NCBI GenBank assembly: GCA_965205015.1
Contig: OZ242029.1
Coordinates: forward strand, 4,896,001-4,960,000
Direction: 5' to 3'
Source of the DNA: Candidatus Poribacteria bacterium
GTDB taxonomy: Bacteria; Poribacteria; WGA-4E; WGA-3G
Length of the DNA: 64,000 nucleotides
In this document: in pieces, positions 61,335-64,000 of the stretch
How the letters are laid out: the number at the start of each line of letters is the position of its first letter
Position numbering within the stretch: position 1 is the stretch's first letter
Translations under genes and position numbers: made by a program
The notes under the pieces: generated by a model
Seen by the model: only the letters and a program-made list of their open reading frames with translations
Told to the model about the DNA's origin: nothing
Database searches by the model: none

Positions 61335-64000
61335 ATGGAAAGAGAAAACGATGTTCAATTGATTCGTAGAATCTTGTCCGGTGACGACGCGGCATTTAAT
61401 ACCTTAGTCCGAAAGCACCAAAAGGGTATTCACGCGCTTGCATGGCGAAAAGTTGGCGATTTTCACATCGCCGAAGAGATTGTACAAGACACGTTCCTCC
61501 AGGTATACAAGCACCTCGCGCAACTCAAGAATCCGAATCAGTTTTCCGGATGGATGTATGTCATCGCCAGTCGACTTTGCCTGAAATGGCTTCAAAAGCA
61601 GAAGAAAAAATCTGCGATGCAATCGTTGGAGGACACACCTGTGGAAGAAATCGAAGAATCCTCTTACACACATTATGTATCGGAACAACGGCTAACAGAG
61701 AGCACCGAGCGTCGTCAGGAACTCGTCAAAAAACTTCTGGCACAGCTACCCGAGAGTGAGCGCACAGTCGTAACACTTCACTTCCTCGGAGAGATGACGG
61801 CAAAGGAAATTGGAAAACTCTTAGGTGTGTCGGTGAATACGATTAAGAGTCGCCTTCGCCGGGGACGGAAACGTTTACAGGAACAACGAGAGGAACTCCT
61901 GGTGAGCGAAACACTCGGGAGCATCCCATTCCCTGCCCACGTGACCGAGCGTATCATGGAACAGGTGGCTAACATGCAGCCGACACCGGCTCCGGTTGGA
62001 AAGCCATTGGTCCCGTGGATGGCTTTCGGGACGGCTGTGGCTTTCGTTATTTTCATGCTCGGCATGAGTAATCAGTATCTTGCCAGATTTCAGAAACCGT
62101 ACAGTTTTGAGGCGGAATCCGAACCCACGATTGAAATTGTCGATGCTCCTATTGTCCTTGATATCGTATCAAAGCCATCTATACGCAACCAGTTTGGACA
62201 GGCTACCACTCCGGGTAAACGCAGCAGTGCTGGTATCCAGGTTTCTGAAGCAGTTTTGAGATCCAGTGCGTTGGAGGATTCTCTTGTGTTTGGGACTTCC
62301 TCGCAATGGACACAGGGAAATGCCCCGTCAGGGGGGCGTATACAGGATATGTTCGCGACCTCTGACGGAACTGTCTATGCTGTTGCACCCACAGGAATAT
62401 ACAGATCAGAGACAGACGCAACTGCATGGACGCGGGTCAACGCAAGCGTTCCTATTGGCAACGCTCGAATGCCGATGGCAGCGCATAATGGAAACCTTTA
62501 TATCGCCTCTGTGGATGAAATACTTACTTCAGTTGATCGTGGTGAGACATGGCATACGCTGGGTCCCCGACCAAAGGGACCCACAGTTGGACTCATCATT
62601 ACAGACGCCCCCCAAGATGCCGATTCACAAGTAGATATCACGATGTATCTGGCACTTAGAGATGAAGGGGTTTTCCGATCCACAAATGGGGGAATACAAT
62701 GGCATCCGTTTAACGATGGATTGACGGGCGAAATAATATCCACAATGGCTGCTGTTGGAGAGACGATATTTATCGGGACAGGGCGCGGTCTCTATCGTCT
62801 CGATTCAGGTATGTGGAAAAAGTTGCCCGTGGAAACATCAAGAGCCGTCTATTCCTTGACAGTATCCGAGAATAATCTCTATGTTGGAACCGGTCCCGAT
62901 CTGTTGGGATTCACGCCAATAAAAACAGGACAAGTGGTGCCAAAAGCCGAGTCGCATGTACTTAAGCTTTTCCATTCGGCTGACCTGGGAGCGTCGTGGA
63001 CTGACATAACACCGAGTTATAAATCTGATAATCACGGGATACCCTCTGGCATAACAGTTTTGGCTGCCGGTGAAACGCTTTTCGCGTCAAGTGTCAAGCA
63101 CGAATACCGTTCAACAGATGGTGGACACACCTGGACAGAACTGTCAGGAGACACGAATATGGTCATGATCAATAGTCTTCCAGCTGTGGCGGCGAACGAG
63201 AGGACATTTTACAAAACGGGTCCATACGGCATTTTTCGGACCACGGATGGCGGTAAGTCATGGGGTCTATTTGTAGATGGGATGGCAGGTACACGCCTAA
63301 AGGATATGGTTGTCCTCAACGACAGATTCTACGCGCATACAGGTTATGAGGTTTATCAATCAACCGACGAAGGAGTGTCTTGGAAAAAACTTGTGATTGA
63401 CGGGAGCTTTTCGGCGGAGTCTACTGCGTTTGAATGGTCAGAAAAAGATAAGAACAAGGCGCGCGTCCATATCTTTTTTTATTCAAAACTGATAGTGGAT
63501 GGCAACCGTCTTTATTTTCTTACACGTGAAGATAGCAAATTGAAAATTTTCCGCTTATCTACAGATGGCAATACACTCAGTCCGGTTCAAGGCATACCTG
63601 ACTTCAATGATAAAGAATTAGCCCCCGAATTGTGGATAAGTGGCAAGATGATAAAGCCAACGAACGCACCCGATAGCTCCAAAAAAGACAATGCGTCACT
63701 CACCACACGTTTTGTTCCTGGAGGTGTGGCAGTCAAAACGGTTGCAGTCAGTAATGATGTGTTCTACGTGGAATACAAAGGCAGTCTTTTCAAATGGAGA
63801 CTTGGAGATCCAGAGTGGATAAATACGGGATTGATAGATACGGATCACATGTCCGATGGTGATTCCAGAAAGGGACTTCAGATAGCGGTTTCGGGAGAAA
63901 CTGTCTATGTAGGTAAGCGAGATGGTAAGTTGTTTCAGTCCCTTGATGGCGGGAACAGTTGGAGAGAAATCACACCAAACCTGCCGCTTGGCTTTACCTG
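61335..64000 (+). CDS. ECF sigma-TM-BNR beta-propeller fusion (paralog 3, runs off window; absent from ORF track)
   Basis: Manual translation MERENDVQLIRRILSGDDAAFNTLVRKHQKGIHALAWRKVGDFHIAEEIVQDTF...; ends ...YVGKRDGKLFQSLDGGNSW like paralogs. Confidence 0.85.
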   Translation, partial: MERENDVQLIRRILSGDDAAFNTLVRKHQKGIHALAWRKVGDFHIAEEIVQDTFLQVYKHLAQLKNPNQFSGWMYVIASRLCLKWLQKQKKKSAMQSLEDTPVEEIEESSYTHYVSEQRLTESTERRQELVKKLLAQLPESERTVVTLHFLGEMTAKEIGKLLGVSVNTIKSRLRRGRKRLQEQREELLVSETLGSIPFPAHVTERIMEQVANMQPTPAPVGKPLVPWMAFGTAVAFVIFMLGMSNQYLARFQKPYSFEAESEPTIEIVDAPIVLDIVSKPSIRNQFGQATTPGKRSSAGIQVSEAVLRSSALEDSLVFGTSSQWTQGNAPSGGRIQDMFATSDGTVYAVAPTGIYRSETDATAWTRVNASVPIGNARMPMAAHNGNLYIASVDEILTSVDRGETWHTLGPRPKGPTVGLIITDAPQDADSQVDITMYLALRDEGVFRSTNGGIQWHPFNDGLTGEIISTMAAVGETIFIGTGRGLYRLDSGMWKKLPVETSRAVYSLTVSENNLYVGTGPDLLGFTPIKTGQVVPKAESHVLKLFHSADLGASWTDITPSYKSDNHGIPSGITVLAAGETLFASSVKHEYRSTDGGHTWTELSGDTNMVMINSLPAVAANERTFYKTGPYGIFRTTDGGKSWGLFVDGMAGTRLKDMVVLNDRFYAHTGYEVYQSTDEGVSWKKLVIDGSFSAESTAFEWSEKDKNKARVHIFFYSKLIVDGNRLYFLTREDSKLKIFRLSTDGNTLSPVQGIPDFNDKELAPELWISGKMIKPTNAPDSSKKDNASLTTRFVPGGVAVKTVAVSNDVFYVEYKGSLFKWRLGDPEWINTGLIDTDHMSDGDSRKGLQIAVSGETVYVGKRDGKLFQSLDGGNSWREITPNLPLGFT

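Noticed and set aside
61404-63035. Short ORFs suggesting a fragmented pseudogene
   Set aside because: They overlap the frame starting at 61335, which appears to run off the window and so is missing from the ORF track.
44216-64000. Diversity-generating retroelement or shufflon behind paralog variation
   Set aside because: No reverse transcriptase or recombinase, and no adenine-specific TR/VR pair seen.
1-64000. tRNA, rRNA or known riboswitches
   Set aside because: None recognised by eye; a covariance-model scan would be needed to exclude them.

Overview
Bacterial chromosomal window, probably Candidatus Poribacteria or a relative. That assignment is inferred from the C-terminal 'KLAxTWGxxK' tails on secreted proteins, multiple PhyH and Gfo/Idh/MocA genes, and fused sigma factors. 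Bases 1-15.9 kb hold the 3' end of tuf and the S10-spc-alpha ribosomal protein superoperon, which lacks rpmD, adk, map and infA and has repeat-filled spacers. Bases 16-44 kb are mixed: a FadL-like barrel with a lipoprotein, a membrane triheme cytochrome, a large membrane protein, sugar epimerases and oxidoreductases, two PhyH dioxygenases, ackA, a toxin-antitoxin locus, tricorn protease, ABC components, nagB, a MOSC protein, and an AT-rich restriction-modification pair bracketed by inverted repeats. Bases 44-64 kb are the most notable part. They carry three paralogous ~980-aa proteins built as ECF sigma factor, transmembrane helix and BNR beta-propeller, plus a 37-bp bipartite promoter-like motif found four times with identical spacing, a SpoIVB (S55) protease lipoprotein, a TonB-dependent receptor flanked by two paralogous unknown proteins, and an intact IS. 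I propose this is a membrane-tethered, protease-released sigma signalling system. Several families of REP/MITE-like repeats occur throughout, one of which appears to donate ribosome-binding sites. All family assignments come from motif recognition only; no database searches were run.
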